Positions 30,203 through 40,054 of a DNA stretch of 64,000 bases are shown here, in pieces. Where the stretch lies: contig CBDCPT010000004.1 of the NCBI GenBank assembly GCA_965220395.1, forward strand, positions 404,777-468,776, written 5' to 3'. Position numbers and translations under genes: made by a program. How positions within the stretch are numbered: position 1 is the stretch's first letter; every line of letters starts with the position of its first letter. This DNA comes from Arenicellales bacterium. Lineage in GTDB: Bacteria > Pseudomonadota > Gammaproteobacteria > Arenicellales > JAJDZL01. Below the pieces are notes generated by a model. That model searched no databases. It saw only the letters and a program-made list of their open reading frames with translations, and was not told the origin of the DNA.

Positions 30203-31261
30203 TCAAAACAGTGTTGTCTGGACGCTTTCTGTCACATCCTTACGAAATTGCGTACTGTCGTACTCGGTTGGAGGATTATCCAGCCCATACTTCTTGACAG
30301 CAATCAAAAATCGTTTTGCGATCAAGTCGGCAACCGGACCGGTGCCTCGCATTCTCTCAAAGAAGTGAGAACTGTTGTCCTTGCCTCCTCTAACCTGACG
30401 AATCAGACTCATTACGTGCGATGCCTTGTCCGGATAACTGGTCGCCAGCCACTCTTGAAACAATTCTCGCACTTCCTGAGGTAGGCGAATCATCGTCCAC
30501 TCTGCACGGCGCGCACCCGCATCAGCACAGGTTTTTAGAATCGACTCCATTTCATGTTCGTTCAGCCCCGGAATCACAGGCGCAAAGAATATTGTAACTG
30601 GAATACCGCTCTGCGCGAGTTGAGAGATTGCCTTTATCCGACTGTGCGGAGCACTTGCGCGGGGTTCCATCGTTCGAGAAAGCTTGGAATCAAGGGTTGT
30701 AACTGAAAAGTTGACACTTGCTAAATTCAGACCTGCCATCTCCGACAAGATGTCGATATCACTCACGACAGAAGCTGACTTTGTCGTGATCTGTACGGGA
30801 TGACGATGTTCCAGCAGAACTTCGAGAATTTGACGGGTCAACCCAAATTTTCGCTCGATGGGCTGATAGGGGTCAGTGTTGGCACCGAGTGCAATCATTC
30901 GACATTGGTACTTGTGTGCGCTGATTTCTTTACGGAGTCTTTCAGCTACATCTGGTTTGGCAAAGAGTCTGGTCTCGAAATCCAGACCTGCCGAATAGCC
31001 GAGATAGGTGTGACTCGGGCGAGCGTAGCAATAGGTGCAGCCGTGTTCGCAGCCTCGGTACATGTTGATCGAACGATCAAATGGCAAATCAGGAGATTGA
31101 TTGTATGCAACCGCCGTCCTGGAACTATCAAATTCCACCGATGTTTTGAGAGCTGGCAGCGGTTCGTTGTACCATCCATCGTCAACCAGAGTCCTGGTCC
31201 AGTCTTCATATCGACCAGTCTCGTTTGAACTTGTTCCACGCCCTTTGACTTTCGGTTGCAT
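30203..31261 (-). CDS. PA0069/Rv2578c-family radical SAM protein
   Basis: YRGCEHGCTYCYARP (CxxxCxxC), NTDPYQP, EPRA. Confidence 0.9.
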   Translation of the reverse strand: MQPKVKGRGTSSNETGRYEDWTRTLVDDGWYNEPLPALKTSVEFDSSRTAVAYNQSPDLPFDRSINMYRGCEHGCTYCYARPSHTYLGYSAGLDFETRLFAKPDVAERLRKEISAHKYQCRMIALGANTDPYQPIERKFGLTRQILEVLLEHRHPVQITTKSASVVSDIDILSEMAGLNLASVNFSVTTLDSKLSRTMEPRASAPHSRIKAISQLAQSGIPVTIFFAPVIPGLNEHEMESILKTCADAGARRAEWTMIRLPQEVRELFQEWLATSYPDKASHVMSLIRQVRGGKDNSSHFFERMRGTGPVADLIAKRFLIAVKKYGLDNPPTEYDSTQFRKDVTESVQTTLF

Positions 31262-31273
31262 GACCTCTTTGGT

Positions 31274-32341
31274 TTACTCCTGAACTTTTTCCACGCTGCG
31301 TGGCCAGGAAATTAGGATCGCCTGCACTAATGTGGCGAGAGGAATTGCAAAGAATATGCCCCAGACTCCCCATAGACCCCCAAAAACCAGAACTGCAACG
31401 ACAATGGCAATTGGATGAAGATTAACCACTTCGGAAAAAATTAGCGGTACCAGCACATTTCCATCCAACATCTGAATAATCAAGTAAGCGCCCACAAGAT
31501 AAAAAAACTCGGGCTCAAAACCCCACTGCACAGCAGCAATCACAACAACTGGAATCGTAACTACGGCTGCACCGACAAACGGAATCAGCACGGAAAGACC
31601 GACGATGACACTGAGCAGTGCGGCATACTGCAATCCGAAAATGGAGAATGTGATGAAAGTCACTCCGCCAACGATCAGAATTTCCCAGAATTTGCCGCGG
31701 ATGTAATTCGACATCTGACGGTTGACTTCCTCCCAAACCGCTGCCGTCAATCCATGATCCTCATTCGGGAAAAACCCTTGAAACCAGTGGGTTAGCTTGT
31801 CTTTGTCTTTCAAGAAGAAGAATACCAGAATCGGCACCAGAATAAGGTAAATCACGAGCGTAATGATTCCCAACACGGAAGAAGTTGACAAAGTGACAAC
31901 AATCTGCTGCCCTAGTTCCGTCAAGAATCCGGCTGTAGCTTTGATGAAGTCTCGAATCTGTTGTTCCGACAAAATTTCCGGATATTTATCAGGCAACTGG
32001 AGCAATGCTGCTTGGACATCAGCAATCCACGACGGAATCTGCGCCACGATTTGAAGCGCCTGCTGACTGACTAGCGGTAGAATGCCGAACACCAATGCCA
32101 GCACCAGAATCAGGAATAACAGTAGTACGATGATTACCGCGCCGAGTCGAGGAATTTTGATCGCTTCAAAATTCTTGACGCCACCTTCCAGAATATAGGC
32201 AATCACAATACCCGCGATCACCGGGGCCATCATCTCCCCCGCGTAGACGATCAAGGCAAAAACGATGATCAGAATTACCCCCAGAATGATGATTTGGGGA
32301 TTACTGATCTGACGCTTGAACCAGTTGACTAAATTTTCCAC
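31274..32341 (-). CDS. AI-2E family transporter (PerM-like)
   Basis: Multi-TM; NYIRGK, LDGNVLVP..FSE.VNLHP, GLWGVWG. Confidence 0.88.
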   Translation of the reverse strand: MENLVNWFKRQISNPQIIILGVILIIVFALIVYAGEMMAPVIAGIVIAYILEGGVKNFEAIKIPRLGAVIIVLLLFLILVLALVFGILPLVSQQALQIVAQIPSWIADVQAALLQLPDKYPEILSEQQIRDFIKATAGFLTELGQQIVVTLSTSSVLGIITLVIYLILVPILVFFFLKDKDKLTHWFQGFFPNEDHGLTAAVWEEVNRQMSNYIRGKFWEILIVGGVTFITFSIFGLQYAALLSVIVGLSVLIPFVGAAVVTIPVVVIAAVQWGFEPEFFYLVGAYLIIQMLDGNVLVPLIFSEVVNLHPIAIVVAVLVFGGLWGVWGIFFAIPLATLVQAILISWPRSVEKVQE

Positions 32342-32388
32342 GGTGTTGACCTAATTGGCTGTTGAGAACTGTATCTAATTTATGATGC

Positions 32389-32802
32389 TCAATTCAGGAT
32401 TTCAAATTCGTAAGTCACGGCGGCGGTGGCAGAAAGCATGCGTGTTGCAGAACAGTACTTTTCAATTGAGAGATCAATGGCACGTTGCACTTCTCGTTCG
32501 GTGATGTCGGTTCCTCGTACGCGATATTTTAGATGGATGTGCGTAAATACCTGAGGAATTTCATCGGCCCGTTCCGCCTCAAGTTCAACTTCAAGCATCT
32601 GTGGCTCATGTTTTCGTTTGCGTAAAATTTGCGCAACATCGTATGCAGTGCATCCACCCATACCGAGAAGCATCATCTCCATCGGACGCATGCCGGCATT
32701 TTGCCCGCCGTGATCGGGTGGACCATCAGTAAAGGTACTGTGTCCACTTCCAGAAGTCACCCGGAAACTGACACCATCCACAAGCTGAACTAAACCGTTC
32801 AT
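32389..32802 (-). CDS. OsmC-family protein (YhfA-like)
   Basis: RPMEMMLLGMGGCTAYDV, KYCS. Confidence 0.9.
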   Translation of the reverse strand: MNGLVQLVDGVSFRVTSGSGHSTFTDGPPDHGGQNAGMRPMEMMLLGMGGCTAYDVAQILRKRKHEPQMLEVELEAERADEIPQVFTHIHLKYRVRGTDITEREVQRAIDLSIEKYCSATRMLSATAAVTYEFEILN

Positions 32803-33626
32803 CAGAGCTCAGTCAATTCCTTCTGATCTCGATGAAACAGTTCAGCCAATTGAGTTCCTGGATCGGGTGCTTTCATCAAGGATTCGCCGATGAGGTAGGT
32901 TTCAATTCCTGCATTTCTGAGTCTGTTCACATCGTCAGCGGTATGAATTCCGCTTTCGGAAACAATGATTCGGTCGTCAGGTACGTGCTGACAAAGTTGT
33001 ATGGATGTTTCGAGTCTGGTCTCGAAAGTGCGCAGATTTCTATTATTGATGCCGATCATGCCATGTGTCAATTCAAGCGCCTTCTCAAGCTCTGCGTGCG
33101 AGTGCACTTCTACAAGCACATCCATGCCGAGTTCTTTCGCCAATGCGCCGAGATCAATCAATTCGGCTAAATCGAGTGCCGACACGATCAACAAGATACA
33201 GTCCGCACGGCTGGCCCGAGACTGATAAATCTGATATGCATCGACAATGAAGTCCTTGCGGAGCAGCGGCAACGAACATGAACTGGCTGCTGTCTCCAGA
33301 TCGCGCAGTGACCCCCGAAAGAATTTCTCATCCGTCAGGACTGACAGGCAGGTCGCACCGCCCTTTTCATAACTTTTTGCTAGCTTCTGAACGTCATAAT
33401 TCTCGCGAATCACGCCCTTGCTGGGAGAGGCTTTCTTGCACTCTGCAACTACCGCCGCCTGGCTGACTGCCAAACGTTCCCGTATGTGTCTTTCAAAGCC
33501 TCTGGCTGTGGCAGTATCCGCGACTCGATCTCTCAGTTCTGCAATGGCAACCGCCGACTTTGCAGTGTCAATTTCGAGTCGTTTATTCTGAATGATGGCT
33601 CTCAGAATATCCGGTTGACTTGACAT
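32802..33626 (-). CDS. trpC: Indole-3-glycerol phosphate synthase
   Basis: AECKKASPSKG, SVLTD, LLRKDF, GINNRNL, VSESGI; start reassigned to ATG 33626, just after the trpD stop. Confidence 0.95.
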   Translation of the reverse strand: MSSQPDILRAIIQNKRLEIDTAKSAVAIAELRDRVADTATARGFERHIRERLAVSQAAVVAECKKASPSKGVIRENYDVQKLAKSYEKGGATCLSVLTDEKFFRGSLRDLETAASSCSLPLLRKDFIVDAYQIYQSRASRADCILLIVSALDLAELIDLGALAKELGMDVLVEVHSHAELEKALELTHGMIGINNRNLRTFETRLETSIQLCQHVPDDRIIVSESGIHTADDVNRLRNAGIETYLIGESLMKAPDPGTQLAELFHRDQKELTEL

Positions 33627-33627
33627 T

Positions 33628-34644
33628 TCAAAATCTGTTTGTGAATTCCACATAGAAGTCAAACTTATCCTCAACTGCTCCGGATTGAATGAGGCTCTGA
33701 GCTCGCTCGACACCTTCCGAGAGGTTGTTGGCAAGTCCAGCAACATAGATGGCGGCTCCGGCATTCATCGCCGTAATGTCCGAAGCGGCCGAATGCTTGC
33801 CTGAAAATACTGAACGAACCACTGCCAGGCTCTCATCCGGGTTAGAGACTACGAGATGTTCGCGAGCGGCTGATTTAATACCGAATTCTGCAGGTTCAAT
33901 CGAGTATGTTTTGACTTCCCCATTGTTCAATTCAGCCACTCTGGTCGGCGCACCGGTGCTGATTTCGTCCATACCGTCTTCGGAATGAACGACCATGACA
34001 TGCTCGGACCCCAATTTTCCAAGAACATGTGCAAGAGGTTCGACCAGGTCGGCACCGAACACGCCCATCATTTCCCTGGAAACATGGGCGGGATTCGTGA
34101 GCGGTCCAAGGACATTGAAAATTGTGCGAACGCCCAATTCCTTTCTTGCGCCAATCGCGTGCTTCATCGCAGTGTGATGTGCTGGAGCCAGCATGAAACC
34201 GAACCCTGTGTTGAGCACGCACTGCGCGATCTGTTCCGGATCAAGGTCAATCCGCGCCCCGGCTCTTTCCAGCAAATCGGCACTGCCGCATTTTCCAGAG
34301 GCAGCGCGATTGCCATGCTTGGCAACATGAGCACCGGCAGCGACTGCGACAAAAGCCGCAGCTGTAGAAACATTGAATGATGAAGTACCGTCGCCTCCGG
34401 TTCCCACTACATCCAGCAAATTTGGAGCTGAAACCTTTACACTCGTTACGAGTTCTCTCATCACCGTAGCGGCTGCTGTGATTTCTTCGACGGACTCGCC
34501 TTTCATCTGAAGAGCGATCAGGAAGCCGCCAATTTGGGAGGCTGTGAGTTGACCCGTCATGATCTGCCGCATGACGCCCAACATCTCATCACCGGTCAAA
34601 TTCTGACCATCGGTAATTTTCTTTAACGCTGCCTGAATATTCAT
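33628..34644 (-). CDS. trpD: Anthranilate phosphoribosyltransferase
   Basis: DVVGTGGDG, KHGNR, GSADLLE, RTIFNVLGPLTNP. Confidence 0.97.
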   Translation of the reverse strand: MNIQAALKKITDGQNLTGDEMLGVMRQIMTGQLTASQIGGFLIALQMKGESVEEITAAATVMRELVTSVKVSAPNLLDVVGTGGDGTSSFNVSTAAAFVAVAAGAHVAKHGNRAASGKCGSADLLERAGARIDLDPEQIAQCVLNTGFGFMLAPAHHTAMKHAIGARKELGVRTIFNVLGPLTNPAHVSREMMGVFGADLVEPLAHVLGKLGSEHVMVVHSEDGMDEISTGAPTRVAELNNGEVKTYSIEPAEFGIKSAAREHLVVSNPDESLAVVRSVFSGKHSAASDITAMNAGAAIYVAGLANNLSEGVERAQSLIQSGAVEDKFDFYVEFTNRF

Positions 34645-34663
34645 TGTGTTGGTTGTGTTCGAA

Positions 34664-35242
34664 TCAGGTCGTAATTCCGCTTGCCGTTAGAAAATTTTTT
34701 AACAAGGTATGTCCGCTGGACGTCAGAAACGATTCTGGATGAAATTGAACACCATACACGTCTTGTTCGCGATGTCTGACTCCCATTATGATACCGTCAT
34801 TCGTCCATGCGGTGACTTCCAGGCAATCCGGCAAAGTGCTTTTCTCTGCGATCAGTGAATGGTACCGAGTTGCCGTAAAAGGATTATCAATCCCTTCAAA
34901 GATTTCGCTGCCATTGTGATAAATCTCGGCAACCTTGCCATGCATAACTTTCTTTGCCCTGACAATACTGCCGCCGAAAGCATGGCAAATGCTCTGATGG
35001 CCGAGACAGACTCCTAGAATGGGTATCTTGCCCGAAAATTCCGTTACGCTTTGAACCGAAATGCCGGCTTCTTTGGGAGTGCACGGACCGGGTGAAATGA
35101 CTATGGCAGCAGGATTCTTCTTCTCAATTCCACTTGTGGCGATTTGGTCATTCCGAACAACGTCAGAGCACTGTCCTAACTCACCTAAGTACTGAACTAG
35201 GTTGTAAGTAAAAGAATCATAGTTGTCGATAATCAGCAGCAT
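34664..35242 (-). CDS. trpG: Anthranilate synthase component II (glutamine amidotransferase)
   Basis: [37 protein letters not shown]. Confidence 0.95.
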   Translation of the reverse strand: MLLIIDNYDSFTYNLVQYLGELGQCSDVVRNDQIATSGIEKKNPAAIVISPGPCTPKEAGISVQSVTEFSGKIPILGVCLGHQSICHAFGGSIVRAKKVMHGKVAEIYHNGSEIFEGIDNPFTATRYHSLIAEKSTLPDCLEVTAWTNDGIIMGVRHREQDVYGVQFHPESFLTSSGHTLLKNFLTASGITT

Positions 35243-35339
35243 GCGATAGATTCTCAATTGAATTTCGGTTTAAGACTACAGCATCGAATTGCAGGATGAT
35301 AATTCTTGAGCTCAGAAAGAGCATCATCTTACACCTTGT

Positions 35340-36131
35340 TTACAATTTTTTTGCCAGGACTCTAAGAGCATTTAGAGCACGCGCGAGAATTACCCTTAGT
35401 CTTTCGGCTTTTTCAATATCATAGGTCCAAGGCGACCTTTCCTGCATATAGGTGGATTGTGCCAGTTCCATTTGAATTGCGTGAATTCCTTCGGACGGAT
35501 TGCCATAGTGCTGAGTTGTAAATCCGCCTTTGAATCTTCCGTTCAAAACGACTGTGTAATCGCGATTGCGCCGACATACTCCTAGCACAGTATTCTGAAC
35601 AGCTAGTGCACAAGATGTTCCGTGATTAGTACCAATATTCAAATCTGCAAAATTTGAAGAATTGAGATACGACAATGTCGAGCGAACTGAATGGCAGTCG
35701 AAAAGCATCGCAATTCCATGTTTCGCATGCGCGCGGCGTAGGGCTTCTTTCAGCGCATTGTGATACGGAACATAATATCGCTCCAGACGACGACGGATAT
35801 CATTCTTATCGGGCTCAAAGCCCGGAAGGTACAGCGCACCACCTTCAAATGTAGTCAACGGACAAAGTGCAGTGGATGGGTATTCGGCATTCAATGAGGA
35901 ATCCTCGGAACTGCGGTTCGCATCGATGACATAGCGATGAAACATAGCTCTTACTATAGTTGCATTTGGCAATAGCTCGTCATACAACTGGTGAATATTC
36001 CAATCCGTGTCGGCCAGTTGCTTGGCAGAATCTGTAAATGTTTCAAGAATTTCATCCGGAACGTAGCAGCTTGTATGTGGCATCGCAAGCACGATGGGCA
36101 ACTTTCCGCGACTTATTTCAACAGGGGGCAT
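35340..36131 (-). CDS. hutG: N-formylglutamate deformylase/amidohydrolase
   Basis: MPHT, DTDW, RYVIDANR, DCHSVRS, GRFKGG, HAIQMELAQ. Confidence 0.85.
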   Translation of the reverse strand: MPPVEISRGKLPIVLAMPHTSCYVPDEILETFTDSAKQLADTDWNIHQLYDELLPNATIVRAMFHRYVIDANRSSEDSSLNAEYPSTALCPLTTFEGGALYLPGFEPDKNDIRRRLERYYVPYHNALKEALRRAHAKHGIAMLFDCHSVRSTLSYLNSSNFADLNIGTNHGTSCALAVQNTVLGVCRRNRDYTVVLNGRFKGGFTTQHYGNPSEGIHAIQMELAQSTYMQERSPWTYDIEKAERLRVILARALNALRVLAKKL

Positions 36132-36291
36132 GGCAAATTCAATTGTTGTGAATACAATTCGTGTCCACTTTGGTGCAAACGTGGTTTATCGGGTTAATTT
36201 TCATTATAAAGTGTTCACAATGTTATAAGTACTCAAGTTGCGCTTACTGCTTCGAGTGCTCTTATTGTTCGTGATTCTTACCTGGAGGAGT

Positions 36292-36939
36292 ATGACCTTA
36301 CACCAACAGAAATTTGTTTCATTCGCATTTGAGCAAGGTGCTCTTCAATTCGGAGAATTCGTTCTCAACTCGGGGCGCACTAGTCCGTATTTCATCAATA
36401 CGGGTTCATTCTCACGCGGCGCAGGCTTGTCGACACTAGCCAGTTTTTATGCTGCAACGATCACACAGAACATTTTCGTCGACTTCATGCTGTACGGGCC
36501 AGCATACAAGGGCATTCCGCTGGCTGCATCAACTGCAGTCGCGCTGCATCGGGAACATGGGCTTTCCGTACCCTATGCTTTCAACAGAAAAGAAGCCAAG
36601 GACCACGGCGATCAAGGCTGGATTGTCGGATCACCGTTGCGTGGTCAAGTTGTGATTGTTGAAGATGTAGTTACATCTGGAATTTCAATTAACACGGCCG
36701 TTGACATCATACGTAGGCAGGGAGCCGAGCCTGTTGCTGTCATAATTTGTCTCGACAGGATGGAGCGAGCAGTTGATTCAAGAGTGTCAGCCGTAGAACT
36801 GGTGCGACAAACGCACGGAATTGACGTGTTTGCGATTGCTACGGTATGTGATTTACTAGAGTACGTAAAGAGCACAGACAATCTGCAACACCATGCAGCG
36901 TCAATGAAGAGCTATATGGACACATACGTCGCAAATTGA
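36292..36939 (+). CDS. pyrE: Orotate phosphoribosyltransferase
   Basis: SGRTSPYFIN, GPAYKGIP, FNRKEAKDHG, IVEDVVTSG; ATG 36292 follows GGAGGAG. Confidence 0.96.
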   Translation: MTLHQQKFVSFAFEQGALQFGEFVLNSGRTSPYFINTGSFSRGAGLSTLASFYAATITQNIFVDFMLYGPAYKGIPLAASTAVALHREHGLSVPYAFNRKEAKDHGDQGWIVGSPLRGQVVIVEDVVTSGISINTAVDIIRRQGAEPVAVIICLDRMERAVDSRVSAVELVRQTHGIDVFAIATVCDLLEYVKSTDNLQHHAASMKSYMDTYVAN

Positions 36940-36972
36940 AGTACAACTTATTAAAATCGTACAATTTCGAGT

Positions 36973-37929
36973 ATGCGAACAACACACCCAAAACATGCAG
37001 TGATTTTCGGCGGTAGCGGATTTGTCGGGCGCAATCTGGTCACGGCGCTAGTCCGGCTGAATTGGAAAATCACCATAATTACCAGACGCCTGCATCGCCA
37101 TCGGGATCTGTTGGTCATTCCAACCGTAAAGCTGGTTGAGGCAGACAACCTGTCGAGCAAATTTATCGCAGGTCAGTTGCACGAAGCTGACACAGTTGTG
37201 AATCTAGTTGGAATTCTGAATGAATCCGGAAAAAATTCCTTTGATACGGTGCATGCGCGCCTGCCAAAAGACATAGCAGAGGCTTGTCTTGTAAAGAAAG
37301 TCAGACGATTGATACACATCAGCTCTCTTGGCGCTCATGTTGATGCTCCTAGCGGATATCTACAATCCAAAGGTCGTGGCGAGCAGGCAGTATCTGCCGC
37401 ATTCGAGCAAGGACTGGACTGCATAGTCATACGCCCGTCAGTGATTTTCGGAGCCGATGACTCGTTTACGCGCCAGTTCGAGAAACTTCTGAAAATGGCG
37501 AAAGGATTCTTCATGCTGATATCCCCCAATTCACAAATGCAGCCTGTATACGTCGGCGACGTAGTAAATTGCATCGTTCATGCGGCCAGTCAACAGAAAC
37601 TGGTTTGCAATACCTGTGATGTCGCCGGTCCGGAGATTTTCACCCTTTACGAACTTGTCAGTCTAATCGACAGAATGTGCGGCGGGCGGCACAAAATTGT
37701 TGGCTTGAACCGTACGCTTTCGCTAGCGGTCGCGACCCTTGCTCAGTTTCTCCCAGGCAAACCGCTTACGCCTGACAATCTTCTATCTCTGCAGGTTCCG
37801 AACGTCATTCTCGGTGAAAATCCAAAGCCATTCGGTATTCAGTCAGCAAGATTTGAAGATGCCGCAAAAGAATGGCTTGGTCCGCAAGCCGATCGACTTG
37901 ACGCATATCGAACCCAAGCCGGACGCTGA
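36973..37929 (+). CDS. Complex I NDUFA9-like NAD-dependent epimerase/SDR
   Basis: FGGSGFVG, VNLVGIL, YLQSK, RPSVIFG, QPVYVGDV. Confidence 0.88.
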   Translation: MRTTHPKHAVIFGGSGFVGRNLVTALVRLNWKITIITRRLHRHRDLLVIPTVKLVEADNLSSKFIAGQLHEADTVVNLVGILNESGKNSFDTVHARLPKDIAEACLVKKVRRLIHISSLGAHVDAPSGYLQSKGRGEQAVSAAFEQGLDCIVIRPSVIFGADDSFTRQFEKLLKMAKGFFMLISPNSQMQPVYVGDVVNCIVHAASQQKLVCNTCDVAGPEIFTLYELVSLIDRMCGGRHKIVGLNRTLSLAVATLAQFLPGKPLTPDNLLSLQVPNVILGENPKPFGIQSARFEDAAKEWLGPQADRLDAYRTQAGR

Positions 37930-37952
37930 CATTACAAACTAGCCACTATCCG

Positions 37953-39197
37953 ATGGCATCAGTTCGTCCAATCACAAAGATCGAAGATCTCGAATGCTAT
38001 CTCGTTGGCGGAGCGGTTCGCGACAAGTTTCTGGGAATCGAGCGAGCCGATCGAGACTGGGTTGTTGTCGGAGCTAGTCCCGAGATCATGCTGTCACTCG
38101 ATTTCAAAGCCATCGGCAAAGACTTTCCGGTCTATTTACACCCTGAAACTCATGAAGAATACGCTCTCGCACGTAAGGAACTTAAATCAGGCAAGGGATA
38201 CAAGGGATTTGTAGTTGATGTCTCTGAGGAAATCACTTTGGAACAAGATCTGTATCGGCGGGATCTTACAATTAACGCCATGGCGCTTTCGATTGACGGG
38301 AATCTGGTTGACCCTTTTGGCGGCAAGCAGGATCTGGAAAACGGACTTTTGCGTCATGTATCTGATCACTTTGCCGAAGATCCATTACGGGTATTAAGAG
38401 TATCTCGATTTGCAGCGAGATTTTATTCCAGAGGCTTTGTTGTGGAGGATTCAACTCTGGATTTGATGAAACAGCTTTCAAACAGCGGAGAACTTGACGA
38501 TCTTGCAGCGGAACGCATCTGGCAGGAATTTCAAAATGCCATCCTTGAAAGTAACCCAGCCGTCTTTTTCACTACGCTGCGATGCTGCGATGCGCTGCGT
38601 AGACTATTTCCTGAAATCGACCGTCTATTTGATGGTGAAGGCAACGAGTGTAAAACTTCTGCCATGGAACAACTTGACCAAACGGTGGAACTTACCAACA
38701 ATGCAGAGCACCGATTTTCCGTAATTGCTTATGCGATCAGCCGATACACTGTCAGCGCGGCACATGAGCTATCAACCGCAAAAGACTTAAACACACTAGT
38801 TGATGGATCAATCGAAGTGCGACGATTGTGTCGACGCCTCAAGACACCTGCGAGTTTTAGAGATCAGTCCATACGAATTGCCCGTTTTGCAGAAAACATC
38901 CGGCTGCTAAACCAAATGTCGCCTACAGAAGTAGTAGACATGATTCGAGTGTTGAATGGCGTTCGCAACCTCGGGCAGTTTAAGAATTTTCTGCAAGCCT
39001 GTTGGATTTTACTGAAAGTTGTATGCGAAGACTCAAATTATGCAGACAAGGCAGTCGACTTGTTGCAGCAGTGCCGAGACAGCATGGCAAGAGTCGATGC
39101 TCATAAAATTTCTGCGAAGTACTCTGGCAATAAATTAGGAAAGAAAATCCGAAAAGCTCAGATATCCCTCGTAGCAGAGGCAAAAAAAAACATATAA
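37953..39197 (+). CDS. cca: CCA tRNA nucleotidyltransferase
   Basis: YLVGGAVRD..DRDWVV, RRDLTINAMA, EDPLRVLR, ERIWQE. Confidence 0.93.
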   Translation: MASVRPITKIEDLECYLVGGAVRDKFLGIERADRDWVVVGASPEIMLSLDFKAIGKDFPVYLHPETHEEYALARKELKSGKGYKGFVVDVSEEITLEQDLYRRDLTINAMALSIDGNLVDPFGGKQDLENGLLRHVSDHFAEDPLRVLRVSRFAARFYSRGFVVEDSTLDLMKQLSNSGELDDLAAERIWQEFQNAILESNPAVFFTTLRCCDALRRLFPEIDRLFDGEGNECKTSAMEQLDQTVELTNNAEHRFSVIAYAISRYTVSAAHELSTAKDLNTLVDGSIEVRRLCRRLKTPASFRDQSIRIARFAENIRLLNQMSPTEVVDMIRVLNGVRNLGQFKNFLQACWILLKVVCEDSNYADKAVDLLQQCRDSMARVDAHKISAKYSGNKLGKKIRKAQISLVAEAKKNI

Positions 39198-39565
39198 ACA
39201 GAAACACGTTTGCTTTGATGCGAGTGGTTTCTGTATTCCACCAACTAAATGCAATGCAAATTTGGATTGTTAAAATTTCATTGTGTGATAATTGCTTGAT
39301 CCGGAACCAACTAATATAGAGAAAAGATAAATGCCAACAGTACATGAATTTGAGAAATTCAGTTGTGCTGGGCTTTTCCAAATGATTCGGTATACCAACT
39401 TCACATCTACAACGCTCGGCCGGGAATCATCTCACTTCAAGGATAAACTAACACACTAAAATATTTTCTCACGCTGATTATCTGGAATTTTCCTGATTTT
39501 GGAATTTCCGACTACAGCAGGTTTAGAAATATCAAATGTGCTCGTGAATGCTAGTTTCGTAACTG

Positions 39566-40054
39566 CTAAGTCGTCTCAAGAATAAATCGCGCCCGCTCAC
39601 TCCGTAGCATTTCAAACGGTGTCATGCACTTTATATTGAGTCCGATGCAAGCGTTCGGAATTTTTATTTTCCGAGGGGTATTTGCGGGAACTTCATTGGT
39701 TACCACTGTGTGACCGTGAGCCAAAGCATGTGCTACAAGATAATAATCAGCACTACGGAGAAAAATATTCACAGGAGGCATATCGTAGCGATTGATTGCC
39801 CAATTGCTAACACGGTCCATTGCTGGTTGTATGCTTGAATCAGGTGACAGAAAGAAATTCGATCCATGTTTTGCTGCCCACGTCGAGAGTTGATCGTCGA
39901 TAATCTTCAACTCGTCGCCAACTTTCTCAATACTGAATACAATTTCGGATTTGTTTAGTTTGGTCAGCCATTCCCAAAAAGCTGGACAAATATCAAACCC
40001 ATAGTAACGATTTTTTGCGTCGATAAAGATATTTGCATCCAAGAGATAGGTCAT
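39566..40054 (-). CDS. DUF4411 (PIN-like) protein
   Basis: YLLDANIFI..YY.FD..PAFW, ADYYLVAHA, VVTNE, KIPNAC. Confidence 0.8.
   Translation of the reverse strand: MTYLLDANIFIDAKNRYYGFDICPAFWEWLTKLNKSEIVFSIEKVGDELKIIDDQLSTWAAKHGSNFFLSPDSSIQPAMDRVSNWAINRYDMPPVNIFLRSADYYLVAHALAHGHTVVTNEVPANTPRKIKIPNACIGLNIKCMTPFEMLRSERARFILETT

Noticed and set aside
33627..33764. N-terminal extensions in the ORF track (trpC; likewise pyrE, IrrE, GNAT, ligA)
   Set aside because: They overlap neighbours or precede better starts; family similarity begins at the downstream start.
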